This document shows positions 28,264 to 36,993 of a stretch of 64,000 nt of DNA, piece after piece (the stretch's first letter is position 1; every line of letters starts with the position of its first letter). The DNA comes from an uncultured Acidimicrobiales bacterium (GTDB lineage: Bacteria > Actinomycetota > Acidimicrobiia > Acidimicrobiales > CAWCAL01). Location of the stretch: assembly GCA_963697385.1 (NCBI GenBank), contig CAVONU010000006.1:13424-77423 (forward strand), read 5' to 3'. The notes below the pieces were generated by a model. That model was not told the DNA's origin. It worked only from the letters and a program-made list of their open reading frames with translations, and did no database searches. The position numbers were made by a program, and so were the translations under genes.

Positions 28264-29712
28264 ATGGCCCACACCTACGTCCTCTTCGGCGCTTCCGGCG
28301 ACCTCACCCGTCGCAAGCTGATCCCCGCGCTCTATCGCTCCTTCGTGAAGGACCGACTCCCTGCCGACACCAGGATCGTCGGTATGTCCCGCAGCGACCT
28401 GACCGACGAGACCTTCCGCAATCGGCTCGAGGGGTTCGCCACCGACATCCTCGGAGACGACTTCGACGCCGACGCGTGGCCCGAGTTCGCCGAGCGCATC
28501 CACTACCGGCCCGGGGACGTCACCGAGCTCGCCGACGTCGAGGCGCTCCGGGACCATCTCGACGAGCTCGACGGTGGCGACGCCCACCGCATCCTCTACC
28601 TGGCCACGTCACCATCGTTGTACGAGTCGGCACTGGAGAACCTCGGGCAGGCCCAGCTGGCAACCGAGAACGGTGCCGGCTCGCGCCGCGTGGTCGTCGA
28701 GAAACCGTTCGGCACCGATCTGGAGTCGGCCCGCTCGCTGAACGATGTCGTCCATCGCTCGTTCGAGGAGCACCAGGTCTACCGAATCGACCACTACCTC
28801 GGGAAGGAGACCGTGCAGAACCTGTTGGTGCTGCGATTCGCCAACAGCATCTTCGAGCCGGTGTGGAACCGCAACTACATCGATCACGTGCAGATCACGG
28901 TCGCCGAGGAGGACCTGGTGGGCACCCGCGGTCCCTACTACGACGAGGCCGGCGTGCTGCGGGACATGTTCCAGAACCATCTCCTCCAGCTCATGATGAT
29001 CACGGCCATGGAGGCACCGTCGCGTTACGAGGCGGCCGCCGTCCGCAACGAGAAGGTCAAGATCCTCGAAGCGACGAGGGGGCTGTCCGGCGCCGACTTC
29101 GCCAACGACACCGTGCGGGGCCAGTACCAGGGCTATCTCGACGAGGAGGGCGTCGCGCCGGACAGCCAGACGGCGACCTTCGCCGCCGTGAAACTCTTCG
29201 TCGACACCTGGCGCTGGCAGGGGGTGCCCTTCTATCTGCGCAGCGGCAAGGGGATGTCCTGCCGGACGACCCAGATCGTGGTCCAGTTCCGCGAGCCGCC
29301 CCACATGCTGTTCGGCGACCGCCCGGTCATGGCATCGAATCGGCTGGTCATCCAGATCCAGCCCGCCGAGGGCATCCAACTGCACTTCCAGACCAAGGTC
29401 CCCGATTCCGGCATGGCCCTCCGGATGACCGAGCTCGACTTCGACTTCCGCCGCCACTACGCCGGCGAACAACCCGACGCCTACAAGCGGCTGCTGCAGG
29501 ACGTGGCAGCCGGAGACGCCAGCCTGTTCACGCGCAGCGACGAGGTGGAGCTGGCGTGGGGCATCATCGATCCCATCATCACCGCCTGGGACAGTCCGGC
29601 GGCCCCCGAGCTCGAGGTCTACCAACCCGGCTACTGGGGTCCCGGGTCGTCGGCGGCGTGGATGAGCGAGCAGGGTCGTCAGTGGTTCGACTCGTGCCCC
29701 GTGCTGCAATGA
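28264..29712 (+). CDS. zwf: glucose-6-phosphate 1-dehydrogenase
   Basis: FGASGDLTRRKLIPAL, VEKPFG, YRIDHYLGKE, RDMFQNHLLQ, WRWQGVPFYLRSGK. Confidence 0.97.
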   Translation: MAHTYVLFGASGDLTRRKLIPALYRSFVKDRLPADTRIVGMSRSDLTDETFRNRLEGFATDILGDDFDADAWPEFAERIHYRPGDVTELADVEALRDHLDELDGGDAHRILYLATSPSLYESALENLGQAQLATENGAGSRRVVVEKPFGTDLESARSLNDVVHRSFEEHQVYRIDHYLGKETVQNLLVLRFANSIFEPVWNRNYIDHVQITVAEEDLVGTRGPYYDEAGVLRDMFQNHLLQLMMITAMEAPSRYEAAAVRNEKVKILEATRGLSGADFANDTVRGQYQGYLDEEGVAPDSQTATFAAVKLFVDTWRWQGVPFYLRSGKGMSCRTTQIVVQFREPPHMLFGDRPVMASNRLVIQIQPAEGIQLHFQTKVPDSGMALRMTELDFDFRRHYAGEQPDAYKRLLQDVAAGDASLFTRSDEVELAWGIIDPIITAWDSPAAPELEVYQPGYWGPGSSAAWMSEQGRQWFDSCPVLQ

Positions 29713-29735
29713 GTTGGCACTTGTAGCCTGCGCCG

Positions 29736-30227
29736 ATGGCCACCGGACTCCTCCCCCGCACCGTCCCCGACGACTCGCCGCTCCCCACCGATCCCCAAAC
29801 GGTGGTCGAAGCGTTCCTGGCATCGCTCGCTGACGCCGATGTCGATCGATCGGACGCCCTGGTCGACGACGACATCGACTACGTCAACATGGGCCTCCCG
29901 GCCGTCCACGGCCGCGAGGAGATGGCCAAGGTCTTTCGCCTGCTCGCTCGACCCGGCGCCGGTTTCGAGGTGTACCTGCACGCCATCTCGTCCGACGGCC
30001 CCGTGGTGCTGACCGAACGAACCGACGTCATCCTCATCGGGCGCATGCGGATCCAGTTCTGGGTCTGGGGTCGATTCGACGTGCACGACGGCAGGATCAC
30101 GCTCTGGCGCGACTCCTTCGACTTCCTCGACGTGACGAAGGCGACCGCGCGCGGCCTGGTCGGCATGTTGGTGCCGCGCCTCCGGCCGAGCGCTCCGTCG
30201 GACCCGGTGGTGGTACCCGGTCGCTGA
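29736..30227 (+). CDS. limonene-1,2-epoxide hydrolase family (SnoaL/NTF2-like)
   Basis: YVN, LTERTD and ITLWRD carry the LEH catalytic Tyr/Asn/Arg/Asp/Asp set. Confidence 0.85.
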   Translation: MATGLLPRTVPDDSPLPTDPQTVVEAFLASLADADVDRSDALVDDDIDYVNMGLPAVHGREEMAKVFRLLARPGAGFEVYLHAISSDGPVVLTERTDVILIGRMRIQFWVWGRFDVHDGRITLWRDSFDFLDVTKATARGLVGMLVPRLRPSAPSDPVVVPGR

Positions 30228-30250
30228 CCGGCCGTTCGCGGGCCGAGCGG

Positions 30251-33208
30251 TCAATCGCCCGCGGTGGGCTCCCAGTAGTTGCAGAAGAGGTACGGGGGAA
30301 CTCCCGCGAGCCGTTCGTCGACGATGCTCAGCCCGTCGCGGTCGTCGAAGGCCTGACACAGGCGACGGGCGTGGAGCAGGTTGTGGCCCACCTGCGCCGC
30401 CGGGACGTCGATCGCTCCCTCGACGCCGACCGACGCCCAGACCGATCGGGCCTCGTCCACCCGCCCGTCCTCGAGCAGGAGGACCGCACGCATCGGGGCC
30501 GACCGGCGGAGCAGATCCTGGCTCAGGTTCTCCTGCGCCAGCTCGCGGATCGTCTCGTAGCGGCCGCGCCGGCGCAGCACCTCACACTGCTGCCCGCTGG
30601 TGGGGATCAGCGCATCGGGCTGACCGGTCTCGAGGCCCAGCTCGTATCCCCGGTCGATGACGCGCTGGGCCTCCCGTAGCTCGCCGTGCTGGATCGCCTG
30701 CGCTCCCCGGAGCACCGCCGCGTGCCACTCCAGCACCGGCGCACGGGTGCTCGAGGCGATGGCGTCCGCCTCGTCGACCATCTCCTCGACCTCGTCCCAC
30801 CGGCCCGCCTCACCGGCCGTCGTCGCACGGTGGGCCACGGCCCAGAACCGCGCCCGCGGGTCACCGCCCGCGGTGAGCTCGAGGAGCTCTTCGGTCTCCG
30901 CCAGCCGGTCGGCGATGTTGTCGATCCGGTAGTTGGAGTCCTGGCGGAGGGTGAGGGCGTGGGCGAGGGCGGCCCGGTCGCCGCTCCGACGGGCCAGGTC
31001 CACCGCTTCCTGCGAGAGCGCGGCCAGATCCTCGGACGGCGCGCCGCTGAACACCGACTCGACGGCGAGCGTCGCCGTGAGCTGACTTCGGATCGTGGGT
31101 TCCTGATCCGTCCCGAGCACGCGTTCCAGCGCCGCGATGCGCTCGCCGTCAACCTCCCCTGCTGCGCTGTAGAGGCCCCGGTTGTTGGCCAACGCCGCTT
31201 GCGCCGCCAACGCCGGCTCGTCCGCGCCGAGGCACCGGTCGACCGCATCGAGAAGGGTCTCGCGATAGGCCGGGTCACCACCGAGCAACTGGGCTCGGCC
31301 GATTTCGACCATCAAGGGGTACCGGCGAGTGTCCGTCGGAGGCAGAGCGCCGATGGCCTGCTCGTACCGGCGGGCCGCCTGGCGGTAGGCGAGCTGGCTC
31401 ATCGACTGCTGTGCGGCGCGCTCGCTCCACCGCACCACCTTGTCGGGATCCGCACCGGCTGCGAGACCCTCGACGAAGTGGGACGCCGTGGCCATGGCAT
31501 CCGGATCGGGCATCTGCTCGAGCTGCTCGGCGATCGTCCGGTGCAGCACCGCCAGCTCGAAGCCGTCGTCGGGGGGCATGAGCTCCAGACGGAGGAGGTC
31601 GTGCACGAATTCCAGCTCGCCACCGCCCAGATCCTGGAGCAGGCCGCCCTGCCGCGCTCGTCGCACGGTCGACCCGATGGACGTCGGCGAGCGGTCGACA
31701 ACGTCGGCGAGCAGACGGGCCGGGAACCGCTGGCCGATCACCGCCGCGGCGGTGAGCGCGACGATGTCGTCGTCGCTCAGGCTCGCGAGCCGTTCGGCGA
31801 TGGCGATCGAGAGCTCGGCCGGTAGCGCCCCGCCACCGGCGGCTCCTTCGGCGTCGAGCCAGTCGGGATGCTGCAGGAGGCTGGTGACGAACAGGGCGTT
31901 GCCGCCCGTCCGCTCGGCGAGGCGCGCCGCGGTCTGATCCACCTCCTCCTGACCCAGCGCCGGATCCGCCTCGCGTACGAGCGCCGCGATGTCGGTGCTC
32001 GGGAGCCCGGGGAGGTCGATGCGGAGCACATCGTCGCGACGCCCCACATCCGCGATCAGGGTGGTGAAACCGGCGACGTCGCCCGAGCGGACCACGCCCA
32101 GCACCGTCACACCGGGAGGCCCCTCCGGACCGGCCAGGTGGCGGACGGTCGCCATCGCCGTGTCGTCGGCCCACTGCAGGTCGTCAACCACGAAGGTCAG
32201 TCGATTCGCCTGACCGGCCAGCCGGTCCAACGTCTCAGCGATGCCGTCGAGCAACAGACGCTGGGCTCCGACCCCCTCGACGGGATGGAGGATCTCGCGG
32301 CCCGGTCCACCGAGATCGGGGAGAAGGCGCGAGAGCTCGCGGCCTGCGCTCCCGGCCAGCACACTGCTGCGCACCTCGGGCCGGACGGCGGTCAGGCCCG
32401 ATCGCAGGGCGGCGATGATCGGAGCGTGGCTCGAGCTGGGCTCACGCGGGGCGGCGCCGTACAGCACACGATGGTCGAGCCGGGCGGCCTCGGCAGCGAG
32501 GCGTGCGACCAATCGCGACTTCCCTGCGCCCGACTCACCCGCGACGATGACGAGACGCGGTGGATCCGAGCCGGTCACCGCGTCGACCAGTCGTTTCACC
32601 AGGTCCCCCCGACCCACCCACGGTCGCTGTTCGAGCACCGCCAGTTCGGGGTTGAGGAGGACCTCATCCGCCTCGGTCGACCGTTCCCATTCGACCTCGA
32701 CCGCTTCACTGGGCTGGTCGAGACCCTTCAGTTGCAGGTGGTGCACCGCCCCGAGCGGGTGGTCGACCCGGCCTGCCGCGACGTCGAGGAGGGTCCTCGA
32801 CACGAGGATCGAGCCGTCGGGGGCGGCGTCGCACAGCCGGCTGGCGTGGAAGAACGGCCAACCTCGCAGATCGGTTCCGTCGTGGTGCACCTCACCGATG
32901 GCGACACCGACGCGCACCTCGACCGGCTCCGGATACCGGCGGGACAACCTCTGGGCGGCTCGTTGGATCTCCACGGCCGCGTCCAGCGCTGCGGACGCGA
33001 GGCCGAAGCTGGCGATGTAGCCGTCACCGGTCGACCCCTCGACCGAGCCGCCCAGGGCTTCGACGTTGCGGCGTACGGCGTCGCCGTGCTCGCTGGTCAC
33101 GCGGGTGGCCTCGGCCTCGCCGTGGGTCACGAAGTAGCGGGTCGAGCCCACCTGGTCCATCACGAGGATGGCGGCGATTCTCGGCGCGGTGGTGACTTCG
33201 GGCACCAC
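30251..33208 (-). CDS. class III cyclase-like domain + AAA/STAND ATPase + TPR protein
   Basis: MDQVGST and TGDG cyclase aspartates; Walker A GESGAGKS; Walker B VVDDLQWAD; LEFVHDLLR; TPR-like C-terminus. Confidence 0.88.
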   Translation of the reverse strand: MVPEVTTAPRIAAILVMDQVGSTRYFVTHGEAEATRVTSEHGDAVRRNVEALGGSVEGSTGDGYIASFGLASAALDAAVEIQRAAQRLSRRYPEPVEVRVGVAIGEVHHDGTDLRGWPFFHASRLCDAAPDGSILVSRTLLDVAAGRVDHPLGAVHHLQLKGLDQPSEAVEVEWERSTEADEVLLNPELAVLEQRPWVGRGDLVKRLVDAVTGSDPPRLVIVAGESGAGKSRLVARLAAEAARLDHRVLYGAAPREPSSSHAPIIAALRSGLTAVRPEVRSSVLAGSAGRELSRLLPDLGGPGREILHPVEGVGAQRLLLDGIAETLDRLAGQANRLTFVVDDLQWADDTAMATVRHLAGPEGPPGVTVLGVVRSGDVAGFTTLIADVGRRDDVLRIDLPGLPSTDIAALVREADPALGQEEVDQTAARLAERTGGNALFVTSLLQHPDWLDAEGAAGGGALPAELSIAIAERLASLSDDDIVALTAAAVIGQRFPARLLADVVDRSPTSIGSTVRRARQGGLLQDLGGGELEFVHDLLRLELMPPDDGFELAVLHRTIAEQLEQMPDPDAMATASHFVEGLAAGADPDKVVRWSERAAQQSMSQLAYRQAARRYEQAIGALPPTDTRRYPLMVEIGRAQLLGGDPAYRETLLDAVDRCLGADEPALAAQAALANNRGLYSAAGEVDGERIAALERVLGTDQEPTIRSQLTATLAVESVFSGAPSEDLAALSQEAVDLARRSGDRAALAHALTLRQDSNYRIDNIADRLAETEELLELTAGGDPRARFWAVAHRATTAGEAGRWDEVEEMVDEADAIASSTRAPVLEWHAAVLRGAQAIQHGELREAQRVIDRGYELGLETGQPDALIPTSGQQCEVLRRRGRYETIRELAQENLSQDLLRRSAPMRAVLLLEDGRVDEARSVWASVGVEGAIDVPAAQVGHNLLHARRLCQAFDDRDGLSIVDERLAGVPPYLFCNYWEPTAGD

Positions 33209-33328
33209 GGCACCCTAGTGAACGCCGGGATCGGTCAGCGGGCCGATCCTGCGACCCCGAATCGGCGCGGGCCCCGGAGAATCCGGCGCTGTACGCTCTC
33301 GTGGAGACGACGATCAGGGGACGGGTAC

Positions 33329-34570
33329 GTGCCGACGACGACGGCCACGCCAGGGACCGGTCGGAGCCTGCTGGCCGAGACCGACGCCGTCGCGGCCATG
33401 ACCGAACCCGTCGCCCGCAACCGGCGAATCACCCAGCTCTACCACGAGCTCGAGGTGGCCATGGCCGACGTGTTCGGATCCGACGACCTTTCGTGGTGTG
33501 CCTACGGGGTCTGGGCCTCACGGCAGGTCGGCGAAGCGATGCAGGGGTTGCCGACCGACCACGTGCGCGGACTCCTCGATGATCCGGCGTTCATCCCGGG
33601 ACTGGCGCTGCCCCCCGATCTGGATCGGTGGGCCCGACGCCTGGCCCCGGTCGCCCGCCGGGTTCCCGACTCGGCGCTCGCCGCCCTCCTCGATGCCCTC
33701 CGGCCCCATCTCGCCGAGGCGCTGGGTCGGGGCAACCACCGGGTGTTCACCGAGCTGGCGCCCACCTTCGCCGGTTTCCTCGATCTGATGCACGACACCG
33801 ACGGTGATGTGGACGCGGTCGAGGCCGGCCTCCCCGACCTGTACCAGCGCCTCGGTCACGTGACCTTCCCGGACGGAGCGGGGTACGAGTTGACCGTCCT
33901 CTGCGACTGCTATCTGCGGGCCATGCGCAGCACCGATCGCCACGAGCGAGCGCAGCTCATCTTCTACGGGAACCTCCGCGGAGCGCACTACGAGCAGCAG
34001 CGGGTCCAGCGTCCCCTCGAAGAGGTCACCGACGTGATCCTCGAGCTCCCCGCCTCGGCTGTCGGCCGGGGCGGGGCCGTCGGTTCCGCCCTCGGCCTCC
34101 TCGATCGGGCGGCGCCGCGCACCACCCATCGCCTCCGCCACACCGTGGGCGCCGTCATCGGCAACACGGTCACCGACATCGCGGTCCGGGTGAACACGCC
34201 GGTCGACGACCTGGCCGTCGGCGACGCTCTGCAGATCGACGGGGCGGGCGCCTCCTACCCGCCGGACCTTCGGGAGCTCGATCTGCCCGAGTTCGAGCGA
34301 TTCCTCCGACATCCCGACGATTGGATGAGCCTCGGCACCGAACCCGAACGGGAGATTCGGGTGGACAACTGGGTGAACTACCACGAGCGGATGCCGTTCA
34401 TCGCCCACGTGATGCGCATGCGCCAGCAGTCCACCGAGTTGCGGCAGCCGCCGTTCCCGGCCGCCGTTCCCGAGCACCGGGGCGACGACTCAGAAGCCGC
34501 GGAGGTGGTCGAGCTCGACCTGCGCGGCGACGGCGTCACCGACCTCAGCGAGCTCGTCGACCCTCGGTAG
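33329..34570 (+). CDS. conserved hypothetical protein, DUF2515-like
   Basis: RNRRITQLYHEL...WCAYGVWASRQVG; GNHRVFTEL; NLRGAHYEQQRVQ; W...ERMPFIA. GTG at 33329 after AGGGG. Confidence 0.65.
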   Translation: MPTTTATPGTGRSLLAETDAVAAMTEPVARNRRITQLYHELEVAMADVFGSDDLSWCAYGVWASRQVGEAMQGLPTDHVRGLLDDPAFIPGLALPPDLDRWARRLAPVARRVPDSALAALLDALRPHLAEALGRGNHRVFTELAPTFAGFLDLMHDTDGDVDAVEAGLPDLYQRLGHVTFPDGAGYELTVLCDCYLRAMRSTDRHERAQLIFYGNLRGAHYEQQRVQRPLEEVTDVILELPASAVGRGGAVGSALGLLDRAAPRTTHRLRHTVGAVIGNTVTDIAVRVNTPVDDLAVGDALQIDGAGASYPPDLRELDLPEFERFLRHPDDWMSLGTEPEREIRVDNWVNYHERMPFIAHVMRMRQQSTELRQPPFPAAVPEHRGDDSEAAEVVELDLRGDGVTDLSELVDPR

Positions 34571-35665
34571 TCGGTCACGGCGGCGCAGATCAGCGCCGTA
34601 TCCGTGCCCGACGCCCAGCCGTCGCAGCGCCTTGTCGCTCAGGTGGTCGTTGTATCGGACGTACGAGAACAGAGGACCGGCGGCTGCTGGGGATCCGGCA
34701 TCCGCCCCCGCCAGCTCGAGATCGACGGTCGGCGCGGCCCAACGAACGTCGCCCAGCACGCGGCACAACACGTCCTCCCGAACGCTGGTGTGCGCCAGCG
34801 CCGACTCCAGCTCCTCTCGGGTCGTGAGGTGAGCAGGCACCGGTCGGCGGCGGCGGCGCCGGTCGGCGGTGGGTATGTGCTCGGCCACTCCGGACCCGAC
34901 CGAGACGAGGAGGAGACGGTCGGGTCCGCTCGCCCACTCCATCCGGTACGAGGGCAGGGTCGCCATCAGCGCCAGTTGCAGCGCCATGTTGGTCATGCCG
35001 CCACCGGCTCCGTCGGCGAAGTCGTTGGCCGTGGCGGAACGCGCCATCAACGGTAACCGGACGGCCTCGAACCGTCGGGGCTCCGCCAGCGCGGCCCGGA
35101 CCAGCCCCCACAGCGGGAACCCGAGGTTGGAACCGACCGGATCGCGGTTGAAGGTGGCCTCGGGGTTCGAGGACAGCCGCCAGGGTGAGTCGGTGGTCAG
35201 GTTGTGCAGACCGAGGAGGAGGTGGCAGTCCGTCACGGCGTGCACGTCGCCGAGGGTCATCGGCCCGTCGGTGGTTCCGAACCACTGGCGGAGCAGCCGT
35301 TCGAGATCATCGGAACGAAGGGTCGAGCCCGGTCGCCGACTGGCGGCCAGCGCCAACGGACCGTTCGCCAGGACCCACCCGATGACACCCCGCCGCCGGA
35401 AGATCACCGGGGCTGACACCTTCAGCCGGCGCTCGATCTCGGCCATCGAGTGACCGGTCGCGATGAGTGCCGCGACCAGGCCGCCGGAGTTGGTTCCGGC
35501 GACGTAGTCGAACCAGGTCCCCAGCGTCAGGCCGGCGTCGCGGGTGTGACGGCGCAGTTCGGTCTCGATTCGGCGAAGGATGCGCAGCGAAAGGTAGATC
35601 CGGGTGCCATCACCGTCGATGGAGAGGAGGCGGTGGGTCGCCGGCTGCTCCTCGACAACCGTCAA
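34490..35665 (-). CDS. patatin-like phospholipase homolog with degenerate catalytic motifs
   Basis: LLSIDGDGTRI (usual DGGGxRG), FDYVAGTNSGG (usual GTSTGG), TTDSPWRLSSNP, DGAG, LVSVGSG, YVRYN, C-terminal ..HLRGF. TTG start overlaps the upstream stop (TTGA). Confidence 0.8.
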   Translation of the reverse strand: MTVVEEQPATHRLLSIDGDGTRIYLSLRILRRIETELRRHTRDAGLTLGTWFDYVAGTNSGGLVAALIATGHSMAEIERRLKVSAPVIFRRRGVIGWVLANGPLALAASRRPGSTLRSDDLERLLRQWFGTTDGPMTLGDVHAVTDCHLLLGLHNLTTDSPWRLSSNPEATFNRDPVGSNLGFPLWGLVRAALAEPRRFEAVRLPLMARSATANDFADGAGGGMTNMALQLALMATLPSYRMEWASGPDRLLLVSVGSGVAEHIPTADRRRRRRPVPAHLTTREELESALAHTSVREDVLCRVLGDVRWAAPTVDLELAGADAGSPAAAGPLFSYVRYNDHLSDKALRRLGVGHGYGADLRRRDRLPRVDELAEVGDAVAAQVELDHLRGF

Positions 35666-36912
35666 CGGGGGGCCGTCCTCGCTCGCACCGCCGAACGACC
35701 CCGCACCTTCACCTCTCGCGCCCGGGTGCGGGCCGGCCCGGTTCGGATCCGCCAGTCCTGGGCCACCGTGGTGGGAAGGAAGAAGGCGGGCTGCCCCTCG
35801 ACGTACCGGTCGATGTACGCGGTGAGGGTCGCCCGACCGACCCGGCGGAAGAACCAGCGACCGGCTCCCGAGTCGCGCACCGGGTCGAGGAGCCGGTTCA
35901 CCGTCCGCTGGGCCTCGAAGATCCGGAACGCCCGGGTGGAGGGTTCCGGGGCCTCGAGGAATCGCGGCACCTGGGCCAGGTCGATCGAGTCCTGATAGCC
36001 CTGGAAGAGCCACCAGATCATGCTGGCCGGTACCCGTCGCATCCCGAGCGGCGCGAATTCCTCCATCTCCTCCAGGAGCGCGTCGAGGAGCCGCACCCCG
36101 GCTTCGGACGGGCCGATGTGCCGTTCCCACATCAGTGGGGCCAGCTGATCCATGTCGTCGGCATCGAGGGGCAGGTACCGCTCGTCGACCCCCAAGAGTG
36201 CCGCGACCACACTCCAGGCGTAGGCGTGGGCGTCGCGCTCGTACCGGTCCAGCGAGATTCCGAACCGATCCAGGCCCAGCCAGGCGATGTAGGTGAACGC
36301 CAGGACGGTCCCCAGCATGGCGTCCTGGCTCAGCGGTTCACCGAGCTCGTCGAAGTCCCAGGTCCGCGCGTCCTCCTCACCGGCCCGTGCTCGCTCGTCC
36401 TCGGCTCGGATGAGGGCGCGCACCATCGCGTGGATCAGCCGCACTCCCTGGCACGACGCATACCCGCGCGTGCCGGGCTCGAGCGTCGCCGGCTCCTCGA
36501 ATCCCATCACGTCGATCATCATCTGACCGGTCTCGGCCACGCGCCGGTTGAGGCTGCCGGTCGCCAGGTCCGAGGTCCGAGCCAGCGCCTCGGCGCCGTC
36601 CACCACCGCATAGCTCACCGGGAGTGACGCGAAATAGAGCGAGGTGGCGATCTCCAGCCCGTAGCGAGCGAACACCCGCTGGCCCTGCGTCAGGAGATCG
36701 GCCCGCCGCAACGCGGGGCCGAGCGTCGGCCGGGGCAGCATCGCCGCCACCTCGGGCGCGGTCGTCGGGTCGTACATGTCCTTGCGGACCTGGATGATGA
36801 GCCCCCGAAGGTCGAGCTCGGGATGACGTTCCTGGTAGTGCTCGGCGATGGCGTCGGCCTCGGGGTCGGCCTTCGCCTTCAGCTCATCGAGTACTGCGTG
36901 CGTCCACTCCAT
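35662..36912 (-). CDS. oxygenase MpaB / DUF2236 (rubber-oxygenase-like heme fold), cytoplasmic
   Basis: LYFASLPVSY, RRVAETGQMM.DV, VRLIHAMVR (heme-ligand His), PLSQDAMLGT, WSVVAALLGV. No signal peptide. Confidence 0.85.
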   Translation of the reverse strand: MEWTHAVLDELKAKADPEADAIAEHYQERHPELDLRGLIIQVRKDMYDPTTAPEVAAMLPRPTLGPALRRADLLTQGQRVFARYGLEIATSLYFASLPVSYAVVDGAEALARTSDLATGSLNRRVAETGQMMIDVMGFEEPATLEPGTRGYASCQGVRLIHAMVRALIRAEDERARAGEEDARTWDFDELGEPLSQDAMLGTVLAFTYIAWLGLDRFGISLDRYERDAHAYAWSVVAALLGVDERYLPLDADDMDQLAPLMWERHIGPSEAGVRLLDALLEEMEEFAPLGMRRVPASMIWWLFQGYQDSIDLAQVPRFLEAPEPSTRAFRIFEAQRTVNRLLDPVRDSGAGRWFFRRVGRATLTAYIDRYVEGQPAFFLPTTVAQDWRIRTGPARTRAREVKVRGRSAVRARTAPR

Positions 36913-36951
36913 CGGTCCCCCGGACGAGCGTCGTCGCCCGACGCTACACAA

Positions 36952-36978
36952 CCTCGTCCGCCGTGGTCGGGGACGAGG
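36952..36978 (+). promoter_or_regulatory. 8-bp stem hairpin overlapping the TIR gene RBS
   Basis: CCTCGTCC-N11-GGACGAGG; the right arm contains the GAGG of GAGGGAG upstream of GTG 36994. Confidence 0.4.
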
Positions 36979-36993
36979 GAGTAGGTTCGGCCC

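Noticed and set aside
35662-36912. Latex-clearing protein (Lcp) for rubber degradation
   Set aside because: No Tat signal peptide and no oxiAB neighbours; only the fold family is supported.
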